Positions 1 to 24,259 of a stretch of 64,000 bases of DNA are shown piece after piece. Within the stretch, counting starts at the first letter, position 1. Each line of letters begins with the position of its first letter. Source of the DNA: Tubulanus polymorphus (lineage: Eukaryota; Animalia; Nemertea); assembly GCF_964204645.1 (NCBI RefSeq), contig NC_134030.1:6800778-6864777 (forward strand), given 5' to 3'. The notes below the pieces were generated by a model. The model ran no database searches, had not been told where the DNA came from, and worked only from the letters and a program-made list of their open reading frames with translations. The position numbers were made by a program, and so were the translations under genes.

Positions 1-291
1 TATCATAATCGAAGCGATGATACGGTGTTCGTGAAGGCGTGCGCCCGGAATAACGAACGAGTGGCGAACGTGTCGTGCAATTATTTTCTAACAAAGGAAC
101 TTTAATTCACAATTCTATCTATCTACCAAGGTTATGTACAAGGGAGGTGGAAGAAATACCCCCGGATGTATCAAGATTCGACCGACTGTAGGCCCTATGA
201 CGATAGGAAGAAATATGGATTTTCCAACATGGTACTATGAAACGTATCATTTTTTATTTTCTAAACGCGCATAACGCATAATCGTGTAGAT

Positions 292-2648
<2,357 letters not shown>

Positions 2649-3599
2649 GCGTTCTGCGGTCGTAATCTGCTATGAACAAGAATACCAACTTGAAAATTTG
2701 ATAATAAAAGTTAAAAGGATTATATGGTTTATTTTTGTTGTGGATCAAAAGAATAAATTTATCTACAGGTTTTAGGCATAATTTTGGATAGAGTTAATAG
2801 GTTTCCACAGGTTTTTGGCAACATTTTTCCTTTGATATTGGCGGAATTCTTACGGTCGCTTCTACCGTACGTGCCTTCGCATATATGCTTTGTTTCGAAT
2901 TGTAAGGGTGTTAAATCTACGTCCGGTAATATGTTTGAAATATACGACGAATTAAATCTAAATCTAAATAAGAGCAATACAAACGGGCACGCAATAAATA
3001 GATCGTCAATTTCATGCCCGTACCAAGGATTTTGTAGGGGACGTTCTCACTTGAAAATGGGCACAATAATTTCTCAGCAAAATGTGCAATATTCTAAAAG
3101 TGATTTACATTACTTCAACGCGTGGTGCAGAGATCTACTAAGGACCAGCTGCGGCGGATCAAAAGCTTTCTGTAGGTAGTACTGAATTTTGATGGATTGT
3201 AGACAGCCATTAAAACTCACCGCCCCCTTTATACTGCTATATCCGGACTTAATTTTCTTTGTAATGAATTTTCATGCCTTTGAGCCGAACCTTTTCTTTT
3301 AAACAATATTCACTCAATTGTTATTTTGAAACGCCAATATCAATGGCGCAGTGCACATCTACTCACACGGTGGTTATCATAACATTATTTTAACAGTTTT
3401 TAAGGCGTTAAAAGAAAACTTTCACTAACAGCGGGCTGGACGAAATTGAATTATGCAATGCAAATATGGAACAGTGTAGATTTGTATGAACATTCTGGAG
3501 TCATTGCGAGACAACTGGGTCCTGATCTCCGACCACGTCACCAAATCAAATTGAGAGCTAGGTTAATTCTCTAAGAAATAAAATGACTTGGCTACTCAC

Positions 3600-3688
3600 A
3601 AATTTATAACTATCTTCTGCGAGTGTCGAATCCTACGTGTGCGCGGTTAAACTGGCATAAAACACTAGCTGCGAGCACGCGTTTTATA
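3600..3688 (-). promoter_or_regulatory. TATA box, Inr-like start and non-coding first exon for the small secreted-peptide gene
   Basis: Minus strand TATAAAA (3682-3688), CCAGTT about 35 nt downstream (~3653), donor GTGAGT just below 3600; matching acceptor at ~2667 just before the signal-peptide ATG. Confidence 0.45.
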
Positions 3689-5967
3689 GCATGTGTAAAT
3701 TGTTCGTTTGCAGAAAAATCGTTTATGTAAATGTTTACCTAATACCCCAGCGCTGAATATATTTCAAGACGTCGTCTGGATAGGATTTCGAAAATAGTCA
3801 ATAGACCGATAGGAAATAATATCAGCAATCTAATATTTCAACAAAGGCAATTGTATAATTCGTTGATCGAACGCAGATGGGGGCTGAATCCGATAACTAC
3901 GGATAACAACGTTTAGGAAAAACTTATTTCGTGGAGTGACCCAATCTAATCGCAATAGTGGAAACTTTATTGACAATAGGCTGAAAGAAGCCGTCGATTC
4001 ACGGAACCAGAGGGTATCGACGATATCGACGAAGGGATTGATTCATCGCAAAAAGGACGTATATATCGAAACTAGAGGTTCCGGGTTTGTAAATAGGCCC
4101 ATAGCCTTGGTAATCTCAATACGACATGAATGGCGTTTTAACTTACTTGTCTTAAGTCTATTCATTTTTGTTTGTCCACTATCTTTTTGGATATTTCGCT
4201 TAATTTTCGACGTGCATACCTCAAATAGGTCTTAATCGAATCAGTAGAGTTGTGCAGTCCAGATAAATCATCGTTTTTATATCCATTTTGTAACGAGTTG
4301 AAGGATTGATGAATATTCTCGAAAATTGGGCTTTAAATCGGCGTTTAATTTTAGTTGGGGAGGTGAAAAAGAGCGATGCATTCGATTTTTGTAACTTGAA
4401 GAAAAGTGCCACCGTCTGTCTTAATATCACACAGATGATAAAGGTATCGGTACTGTTATGTGCGAAGTTGAATCGTAGTCAATGGGCGTCCATTTCCGAA
4501 AGTTTCAGATGATCCCCCGCGATGTCGGGAGCAGGCTCTATGATATACTTGACACTGGATTCGGTAAGGTCATCATAGAACACCTTCTGCGAGTTAATTT
4601 AAGGGGAAAACATAGAAACGTCCAAACTAAATTTCTGGAACAACATTAAATTTCTTTTTCTTAAAATAGTTTTTGCTTGTAAAATGAAATAACCATTTTA
4701 CGGGCGATTCTAAGGCGAACGGAATTCATCATTTGAAAGCCAACAACATACCATGAAAAATAGGTAGTTAGAAAAGTGAATGACAAATCATGGATAAAGC
4801 GGGATGCGACAATAAATACCATCGTGTTCTGTTCTACCATTCACCGGTCACACCAATGCGAGCACGTTTACGATTTGTTTTATTGATTACTGAAAAAATC
4901 GTTTACGAAAATGTTTGCACAAACCCATCAGTAGTTTTGATTATTAAAACGAATGGATTTACTTTCGAATTATCGATAGTCGTTATGAAAAAGTATTGAC
5001 AAAGCGCCAATAATTCGACAATAGTAACAAGTTTTCTCTCAGTCTAACATGGTACCCAACTCAATTAGTGGGTACCGTTAGAGTCGAGTGTAGGTATACT
5101 TCTTCGATATGGCGAACAAACAAGTCCTCAAAGGTGAAATTTCACGAACCAAACGAATGATGTAATAAGTCGATAAGTCGTCTTATGTGCATATATAATA
5201 ACCATAATTTTCCAGTAATATTGAAGAAAGTCCATATACTTTCTAATTCGTACCAATTCGTGAAAATCCATCGCCATACATTTACTCAACATAATAAATA
5301 TGGAATATCAGGAAATATACGCGGGATTAAGTCAAAAGCCCTAATAATGCAAGATAACAGGATAAGTATTCGAATTCTGATTTTCTCTGATAACACTAAT
5401 TCAAAATCTTTACAATAAAACCATAAACACATATTTAAATCTTTCATGTCTAAAAGAACATTTATTAAATACTACCATCATATAAATGTATTACATGCAC
5501 AGGTTTTAGATCATTTAAAAATTGTAAGTAAAAAGAAAAAAAGTTCAAAATTTTGACAAATATATTGGCACAAGTCTTTTAAACTAGAGCGCATGGACTT
5601 TGATGGGATAGATGGAATCTCTTTCGAAATAGCATGTTTGAATTTACAAAATTAAAGCAGATTTGCAAACCCTAACACAAATTGTACTTATGCGAAGCAA
5701 AGCATAATTGAGTAAATATAAATAACCTGTTTTGAAAAAGTTCATGAACTGCAAGCAAAACCAAAATCAATCGTTGAATCATTTACTCCCTGACCCTGGC
5801 CAATTCGTTACCAATCATGTGGGAAAAACCTTGTGACAGGACTCAGTTGAAATTCCTAATTCCCTGAGATAAAATCTCCGAATACTTAACTCGGTAAGTA
5901 AACGTCTTCTAACCAGAGAATTTTGAACATTACGAAATTTTCAGTCTGTCCAAAGTCTATTACGCGG

Positions 5968-16125
<10,158 letters not shown>

Positions 16126-16814
16126 TATTAGTACCGTTTTTGGCCCATGAAGTGTGAAGTTCTTCAAGTTGATGAGTTGAGATGTTGAAGTTGGTTTATC
16201 AGCTTGTGTAGGTCAAGTGAAGTAGCGCCCTCCTCATATTGGGGGTCGTTTAAAAAACAACAACATCAACGCCAACTCTGGGTTTACAATGGCATCTGAT
16301 CAAAGAGGAAAAGCGAAAAGAAAATCTATTTGCTGGATTAGGAAAAGTATTTACATTGAAAACTAGATGTTCGGCAGTGGGTTTCGAACCTACAATACAG
16401 CGCTGAAAAGTAAACATTCACCCTTTTCTAACCGGCAATGATTGAATTGTGGATACTAATGGTGGCGCCACTAGACGGGCCATTATTCACAAAATAGTGC
16501 GCAAAAGCCGCTGAAATAATTAGGCATGTTTTTCACGAAAATAATGACATATTGTATAAACGGTGAATTGGTAATTCAAACATTAGAGATACGATTGTAT
16601 TTCCTAGTGATTCAATAGCTTTTGAATGCTTTCGGTGGAGCGATACGATTCGACGACGTGGCCGTAAACACGTCGCGTAGGACGAAGTGTTGTTCGGCTC
16701 CTACACCATCACGGATGTCAAAAAATTTCAAGTGAAGTCTAAAAGAGGTGTATTATTTCAATATTTTGCGGCGTTTTCACCCAAGACTAGATCAAAACTA
16801 CGCTTTTTAACAAC
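16126..16814. promoter_or_regulatory. Bidirectional promoter region HMBS/ARCN1
   Basis: Divergent start codons (16125 minus, 16815 plus) only ~690 bp apart. Confidence 0.7.
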
Positions 16815-19800
16815 ATGGTAAGGTTTTTCTGATATGTGCATTTTCAATTTCGATGATTGTTGGGTAAAATCGGTGTAAAATCTGCCGATATGTGGCTTGG
16901 GCACAGGGGTTTGGCGATGGGCTTGGATTTTATTTCCGGGTTGTTGATAATCTCGCGAGAATGGCGCTAAATATGAACTGCGAATAAATTCAAAATATCA
17001 CGGAAATACCTTGTGTTTATATTGTTTATTTATCCGCTATAAAGTTCTGATAAACAATTGGTCGTTAAGAATCATTATCAGACGGTCGTCATGCTTTACT
17101 ATATAAAATCACAAGGGATGAAACGCCAGGCCTCCGCTGTACTTAAATTTTCAGCCAGAAAGTTGGGACAGTCACGTGACATTCTGATGGCGTCATCGCA
17201 TTTAAAACTTCAACACGAAAAGTTAACATATTCACAGACCGATATCAATTGTCAGATTATGATTCATATGAAATAAATAACTTATAAGGAATAAATTATG
17301 ACGAAATATATAATTCATAGTAAAAAATGCATTTGAATGTAAGTTATTCTCAAATATTTTTCGTATCATAGTTTCCATCTTATATAGCTTCAGGTTCGCG
17401 TTCAGTCAAATAAGAAGCGTTAAGTCACGTGACTGTCCCAACTTTCTGGCTGGCACAACTCTGAAGGCGTTTCATCCCTTGTTCTTTTATATAGTAGCGT
17501 GACGACCGTCTGATAATGATTCTTAACGACCAATTGTTTATCGAAACTTTATAGCGGATAAATAAACAATATAAACACAAGGTATTTCCGTGATATTTTG
17601 AATTTATTCGCAATTCATATTTAGCGCCATTCTCGCGAGATTATCAACAACCCGGAAATAAAATCCAAGCCCATCGCCAAACCCCTGTGGGCTTGGGTTG
17701 GAAAAACACTTCCGTGTTCTCAAATCTCACTTCCATTCCTGTCCACAGATTTTCTGTCACCTCTCTTTGGCTCAATCATTCCACAATCCATCTTCTAGCT
17801 TAGTAAAGTGCTGGATGAATATGGGATTGGAACTATACCATACCTCCTGTGGGATGGAAGACCTAGCTACGCTACGTGGCCATAAGACAGGTTAACAGGT
17901 GTGACCCCAAATAAATCTGAATCTATCAGTGTAATGAATTTGATAGATGCGAGTAGTCTTATTAGGCACTTGGAAGGAGAGCGTCAGTCACTTTGAGCAC
18001 AGGCCAATCATATACTGGAACTGATCAAAGATAGACGCCGTTGTCTGTTGGTTCATTTGGTTCAAGTCAAGGACTGATTTCTTGATTTCACAAGAACAAA
18101 TTTCGTTTTCGATCTTGAGACAACGAAGGTTTGCTATCATTCAAAGCCTACTGTCTAACCCTTATAACACAAGCGCCACAAAGTTAGTGCAAAACTGCAG
18201 GGATCTTACACACAGGTGGTATATTTGTTATTTAGTTAGAATTTGAAAACAACTGTTTTCATTGATTTTAGGTGCTTTTGGCCGCGGCTGTTTGCAACAA
18301 GGCTGGTAAAGGTAAGCAAAGCTGTAAAGAACTAACATCTATGCAACGATTTTTTGGTGGATTACTTGAACCACCAGATTTACCTAATGCTTGTTTAAAT
18401 TATTTCTTGGTCTAAAAGACTGGGCGTTTGGACTGTTCGTGGCCATTTTATTTGAACGCCATGAAATGGACTTTAAAACTAATGTGTTATGTTTTCTTAT
18501 TTTAGCCATTGTGTCGCGACAATTTGTCGAGATGACCCGTTCGCGCATTGAAGGCTTGTTGGCGGCATTTCCAAAATTAATGAACACTGGTAAACAGCAT
18601 ACGTTCGTTGAAACTGAAAGCGTGCGCTACGTGTATCAACCGTTAGAGAAACTTTACGTGCTTTTGATCACGACGAAAGCTAGCAATATTCTCGAGGATC
18701 TAGAAACTCTTCGTCTATTTGCGCGTGTGGTGAGTAAATTTTAAAGATTTAATCAACAGGGTTTTTATAGGTCAGAGAATTCCGGTTTGATTTTTCCCTA
18801 CGAGGAAAATCAAGGAATTCTTGACAATCATAGAAAAGGGGTGCCACTTTTCGCCAGTTTTTCACCAGTAAAACAACTGCTAATACCTCAAATGCTCTGA
18901 CTTTTCTGAAAATCATAGAAAAGAGGTGCCACTTTTCACCAGTAAAACAACCGCTAATACCTCAAATGTTCTGACTTTTCTGAAAATCATAGAAAAGTCA
19001 GGGTATTTCACTTTTAGTGTCTTGTTGTTTTTGCTTGTGACAAGTGCATATGTTTGAAATTTAACCAGGGAACTTGATGGTCAGGGGTCAGTAAAATATC
19101 ACAGAATATTCTATTCCTGATCTGTAAGAACCCGAATAAAGGAATTCCAGAAATATATTAACATTTGATATTTTTCTGTTTATGACAGATTCCTGAATAT
19201 TCGCGTAATTTGGAAGAAAATGAGATCATCAATAACGCATTTTCTCTAATTTTCGCGTTCGACGAAATTGTAGCTCTCGGTTATCGCGAGAATGTTAATT
19301 TGGCGCAGATTCGAACATTCACAGAAATGGACTCCCACGAGGAAAAGGTTTTCCAGGCTGTACGACAGGTAAGAGCTGCTTGATTCAGGTGGTCGCACAA
19401 TGAATGCCTTTAACAGGTTGTTCCATAGAGCTAAGTAATGGCAAACAGTACTGGTGTCGGCTTTTGATGACAGGTATTAATTTGAAATAATTCTTACTAG
19501 ATGGTCTAACTGTTTCTTGTGTTACAACCAGCAAAAGTCAGATAATGTCGAAAGTAGAGAAGCGTACCTGGTATTGATGTACATTGTGTAAACGATAGGT
19601 GACACCATTGTCCACTACACTAGACTCCACTTGCCATGATGATGATGACCTATGGGCAGCACTCCTAATACTCCGGAATTAGCTTGGCTAATCAGTCTTA
19701 GCTATTTGGACCTACGTCACTTAGTTTGACCAGGCAATCCCCGGTTATAGTACATCTTACTCGCGCATGAAGATCTTAATTTGAGATTCTCATAATTCAT

Positions 19801-22712
19801 TCCATTAAGACGCAAGAACGTGAAGCGAAGGAGAACATGAAACGCCGCGCGAAGGAACTGCAACAACAACGCCGCGAAATACAGAAACGAGGCGGTAAAT
19901 CGGCAGTCGGTTACGGCGGAGGCTTCGGTAGTAGTTCGATGAGTGGCCGCGTTGGCGTCGATTCAGGCATTGTTGAAGTCACGATGCCAGACATTCCGAA
20001 ACAATCTTACACTTCAGCACCAAGGTAATTGTAAAAGTTTTAAGTGAACATTTTAAACTTAGAAATTCCTAAGATTTAATCAGGGAATTTGCGTAATCAC
20101 ATGCAAAAATCAAGGAATTGGTAAATGGGCGTAAAGTAGGCACCCTGTTATTTGCGTAATGATGTGAACAAAACTGTATGAATGATGTTTCGACCTATTT
20201 GTTTTAGCAAACCAAGTGGAACCAGCCGGGCTATGAAATTGGGTAGCAAAAGCAAAGATGTTGATATGTTTGTCGATCAACTGAAATCTGAAGGACAACG
20301 TTAGTATCTGAGTTGATAACTTACTGTTCTCTGTTGATATCAAATCTAATATTCGTTGGTCATTGTTTGAGCGAGTGGTGTGGGCGATTGGTTAGAGGGC
20401 TTGACTCTGGGATGCCAGGTAGTGAGTTCGAACCCTGTATATGACCGTCGTGTCCTCGGGCAATCCTCATTACCTCTCTCCACCCACCAGTATATGGGTA
20501 CTGGCCTGATAGATGACTCCTGTGCGCCTGGTAGTTGCTCGGATGTTGCTTCTCCCCAAGCAGTGATGACCGATGCTTGGAATAGAGTGATAGGCTGGGG
20601 GTAATAGTACGAATTTAGAGCGCATTTGAACTAGACGACTCTGCTTAGGACACCTGCATTATTATTTTGACTTTATCATTATTAATTTGTAGAGGTTACC
20701 AGTACTAACGCGAAACCAACAGCAGTACAGAAGATTTCTACTCCCGCTGTCAATCAAGAAAGGTGAGTGTTCGTCGGTGTTTTTGTGAAAAAAATACTTT
20801 TCACAATATAATATTAACGGTCAATATTTTGCCGATTCAGTGTACATTTGAGAATGGAAGAGAAGATATCGTTGACAGCCGGCCGCGATGGTGGCCTTCA
20901 GAATATGGAAGTTCATGGTCTAGTCATGTTGCGCATCAGCGATGATACATTCGGGCGAATTAAAATCGGCGTCATTAATAATGATACGAGAGGAATCCAG
21001 TTGCAGGTAGGTTTTTCACATTCGCGAAATAATGAAAGGCTTTAAATGCATGAGAACCTTGTGTGTCTGCTTCACGTTTTGCTAGTTCTAAACTTCGAAA
21101 CTTGACTATTTCTAAACTTAAGTTCTGACTTGCGTAGCTTTTTAGTCAGCATTATAGAATTTCATGCGTGCATATTTTCAGACACATCCCAATGTTGACA
21201 AAAAGCTTTTCCAAGCTCAATCGACGATTGCTTTGAAAAATCCATCCAAGCCGTTCCCCGTAAACCAAGACGTCGGTGTTTTAAAATGGCGATTCCAAAC
21301 ACAGGATGAAGCGAACATACCTTTGTCGAGTAAGATTATCAAATTGTGATTTATTAGGGTTCGTGGCAGTTAGTCCAAGTGGTCGATTCTAGACCTTGAA
21401 AAGCATGAGCTCTGGCCAATGGCAATAATGTTTACAATTTTCCTCGCTTGCCTACAAACAAAAGGTTTTTGAGCTATCACCCTCTCCCTGAGCTGGGAAG
21501 AAAATGTCTAGTCATGAACCATTTCATGTACTCTCAACAGAAACCTTTGAAAGCTCTTTTGTTGAAAACAATAACAATTTCGGTCAAATCATGAGTTAAT
21601 GTTCTGTAGGACGAAAAAGTAAAATTCACGAATTTTATCAGGTCCTGTTAGTCGCATGAACCCTGCTTCAGCCATTCGGTGTCAGAATTCTGCTGTCATA
21701 TTTTTTGCTGACCATTCGTTACATTTCTAATTTAGTTAATTGTTGGCCATCGGAAAATGGGCCAACTTGTGATGTAAATATCGAATACGAATTGGAAAAT
21801 GAAGACCTCGAATTGAACAATGTTGTTATTAGTATACCAGTGCCGTAAGTAGAGTCGCTGTGTCGCTTCAGATATATACGAAATCTAAGAAAATCGATCG
21901 CGTCAATTGGATTGTTAGTTTTGTATTTGACGCAGGTCTGGAGTCGGCGCTCCGGTTGTGAATGAATGCGAAGGTGAATACACGCATGACAGTCGTAAGA
22001 ATATCCTCGAATGGCACCTCGACGTTATCGACAGTTCGAATAAAAGCGGTAGCATGGAATTCAGCATCAACGGGCACCCGGACGACTTCTTCCCAGTGAA
22101 TGTAACGTTTTCATCTCAACGACCGTTCTGTGAATTAGAGGTGAGCCATCGTAGTCCTATTGTCGATGCGGTAAACCTTGTCTTGGTCTGCATTGCGCAT
22201 TACCCATTTGAATCTGTACTAAGCCATAACAGGGTCCCTACGACTCTTTGATTCCCTAAAAACTCCTTCTAAACAGAAATTGTTTTTAAAAGTGCTTGAA
22301 ACTTCTTTAATTTGAGCAAGATGCCCAAAACTCTTTCAATTTTGAGGCAATTAGAAATGTTTGTAGTTGCATGGTTGGCTACAACCTAAATTGATCGAGT
22401 TGGGACCAGGATGTTTTCTTTACCTTATTAGGCAGTTACCGAATTGGAATCCATGTTTAGTGGGATAAAGGATAAAAATTTGCTTAAAAAACCACTGAAT
22501 TACAGGTTTACTGAGATAAACAGTACCTATTTTGGAGGAGTTTACTGTAATTGGGATATATATAAAGTGATATAGAAATGGGAGTAGAATTAAAATGATG
22601 TTTCTTTGTATTCTATTTACAGCTAATGGATGTTAAAACAATCGATGACTCCTCACCCGTCAAATTCTCGAAGGAAATTCTATTCTACGTGGAAAAGTAC
22701 GAAATAGTTTAA
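16815..22712 (+). CDS. ARCN1: Coatomer subunit delta (archain), 12 coding exons
   Basis: ATG-only first exon 16815-16817, then 18272-18311, 18506-18729, 19189-19368, 19810-20024, 20208-20299, 20693-20762, 20841-21006, 21182-21329, 21736-21844, 21936-22140, 22623-22712. Reads [40 protein letters not shown]...[11 protein letters not shown]...INCWPSE...VEKYEIV. Confidence 0.97.
16902..17689. mobile_element. Foldback DNA transposon / MITE, ~270-bp TIRs, 8-bp TSD (P- or hAT-like)
   Basis: Near-perfect inverted arms 16902-17180 and 17424-17689 starting CACAGGGGTTTGGCGATGGG; flanked by GGCTTGGG on both sides (16894-16901, 17690-17697). Confidence 0.9.
18757..19133. mobile_element. hAT-like MITE remnant with internal ~75-85 bp tandem duplication
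   Basis: Termini CAGGGTTTTTATAGGTCAG / CTGATCTGTAAGAACCC; a related end CAGGGTTCTTACAGG occurs at ~10003; internal unit AATCATAGAAAAG...CTGACTTTTCTGAA repeated (~18826-18997). Confidence 0.5.
20370..20670 (+). mobile_element. tRNA-derived SINE
   Basis: A-box-like TGGGCGATTGG and B-box GTTCGAACC, followed by GTGTCCTCGGGCAA and CACCCACCAGTATATGGGTAC central blocks typical of SINE core domains; ARCN1 intron 6. Confidence 0.65.
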
Positions 22713-23940
22713 ATTCGCTGTGCTGCTTCGAACTTTACAAACTCTTGATAATACATGCGTATGTCTACATATTATGTCGATACGTCGACGTTGGTTAGTT
22801 TAAGCCAAATATTCGAACTATATCTCCTGCATTTAACGGAATTGCAAGTATTTTTCAATCCAATTGTGCTATTGAAGATATTTACAGTTGCGTAAAATGT
22901 TGAAAAAAAGCGATCTATTGAGAAAGCAGGATTCTCTCGCACGACGGGAAGTTTGTTAGACGTCAGTTTTAGTTTGAAAGCTTGGAGACTGCTTCACACT
23001 TGTCGGTTAAGATTAGACATTTGTACACGAGTGTTTAATTTTTATGAGACTGTTATTCTTTGATTTAATGTTTATGTGATTTCTGAGGTTTTGGTTGGTA
23101 CCAGCTATGATGTTTTGAATCTAATCATTATTGTCCTTATTTTTTGTATCAATAGGCATCTAATTGATCTGGACAAACAACTTGTATATACTAAACCATT
23201 AAACTTTTGTTTTCACTAACTTTTGACTGTTGGATCTCACCCAAATGAGAAAATTTAATTAATTTCATACAGGATAAAGTGATCTATGGGTTTGTTGTAA
23301 TGAACAGATTTTCTGGTCCCCCAGAGTATTAAAGCTCTTGTATCATCCTCAATCTCCATTCATTTGAAACAATGAGTTTATTGTGTCAGGGTTTTCACTG
23401 TTTAAACAGAAAGTGTCAATTTTTGTGCAAAGGTTTATTTATATTTTACGCAATGGGAGATATAATGATCGAATAAAATTGTCATATAATATATCAAAAA
23501 AAGTGTCAACTTTGTTGCATAGGGTCAATACCAAAATCCAATATAGTGATAGAAATATAGAAGAGAATCCCTAAAACTTCTGAAAGTTTCAATGAAAGAA
23601 TTATTATGGGTATATCAACACACTTTCAAAAGGAGAAAGCTTGAGAAAATCTGAAAGATGGATCCTGAGATTTTTCTGACTACTATACGTATGTTCTGCC
23701 AATCGCCATAATGGTCCTAGTTCAATTTCATAAGAAAACTTCAAGAATGTGGCAGACACTATGTAAGATTCATTTTTTATTGGAAATGCACATGATAAAA
23801 AGATGATGTTACAAATTATCAGTTACAACGGACAGAGTGTATCAAAATCTCCGGTGAACCAGTAATTACATCACATGGTCATGGACGGAATTTAACAAAA
23901 TATGTATCACAGTAACAAGTAATTACGTTATTTAAAATAA

Positions 23941-24098
23941 CAGTGGAACTTCGTTATAACGAACTTGGATACGATTCATCGGATGTAACAAATGTAGAAT
24001 TCTATCCCGATGATTGAATTAATTTCTTACTGTGGGTTATAATGAACAGATTTTCTGGTACAATTATGGTTAAGTTCGTTGTAATGAGGTTCCCCTGC
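23941..24098. mobile_element. pogo/Tigger-like MITE
   Basis: Termini CAGTGGAACTTCGTTATAACGA / TCGTTGTAATGAGGTTCCCCTG; related copy at ~25121-25302. Confidence 0.6.
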
Positions 24099-24259
24099 AA
24101 CTCATACAAATAGATGTTACAAATTATCAGTTACAACAACAAAGATTTATTAGTCCCCTATATGTATTGTAACAAGATTCTATTGTATTAAATCCTCTGT
24201 GGAACCAGCAATAACAACACACGGGTCATGGACGAAATTAAAAAATGCATGTATCACAG

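Noticed and set aside
1-273. Possible terminal exons of a plus-strand gene entering from the left
   Set aside because: Two open frames after the acceptor at ~130, weak donor and no recognisable motif; cannot be supported.
16370-16395. tRNA B-box-like GGTTCGAA (also at ~27381)
   Set aside because: No cloverleaf or properly spaced A box; not a tRNA gene.
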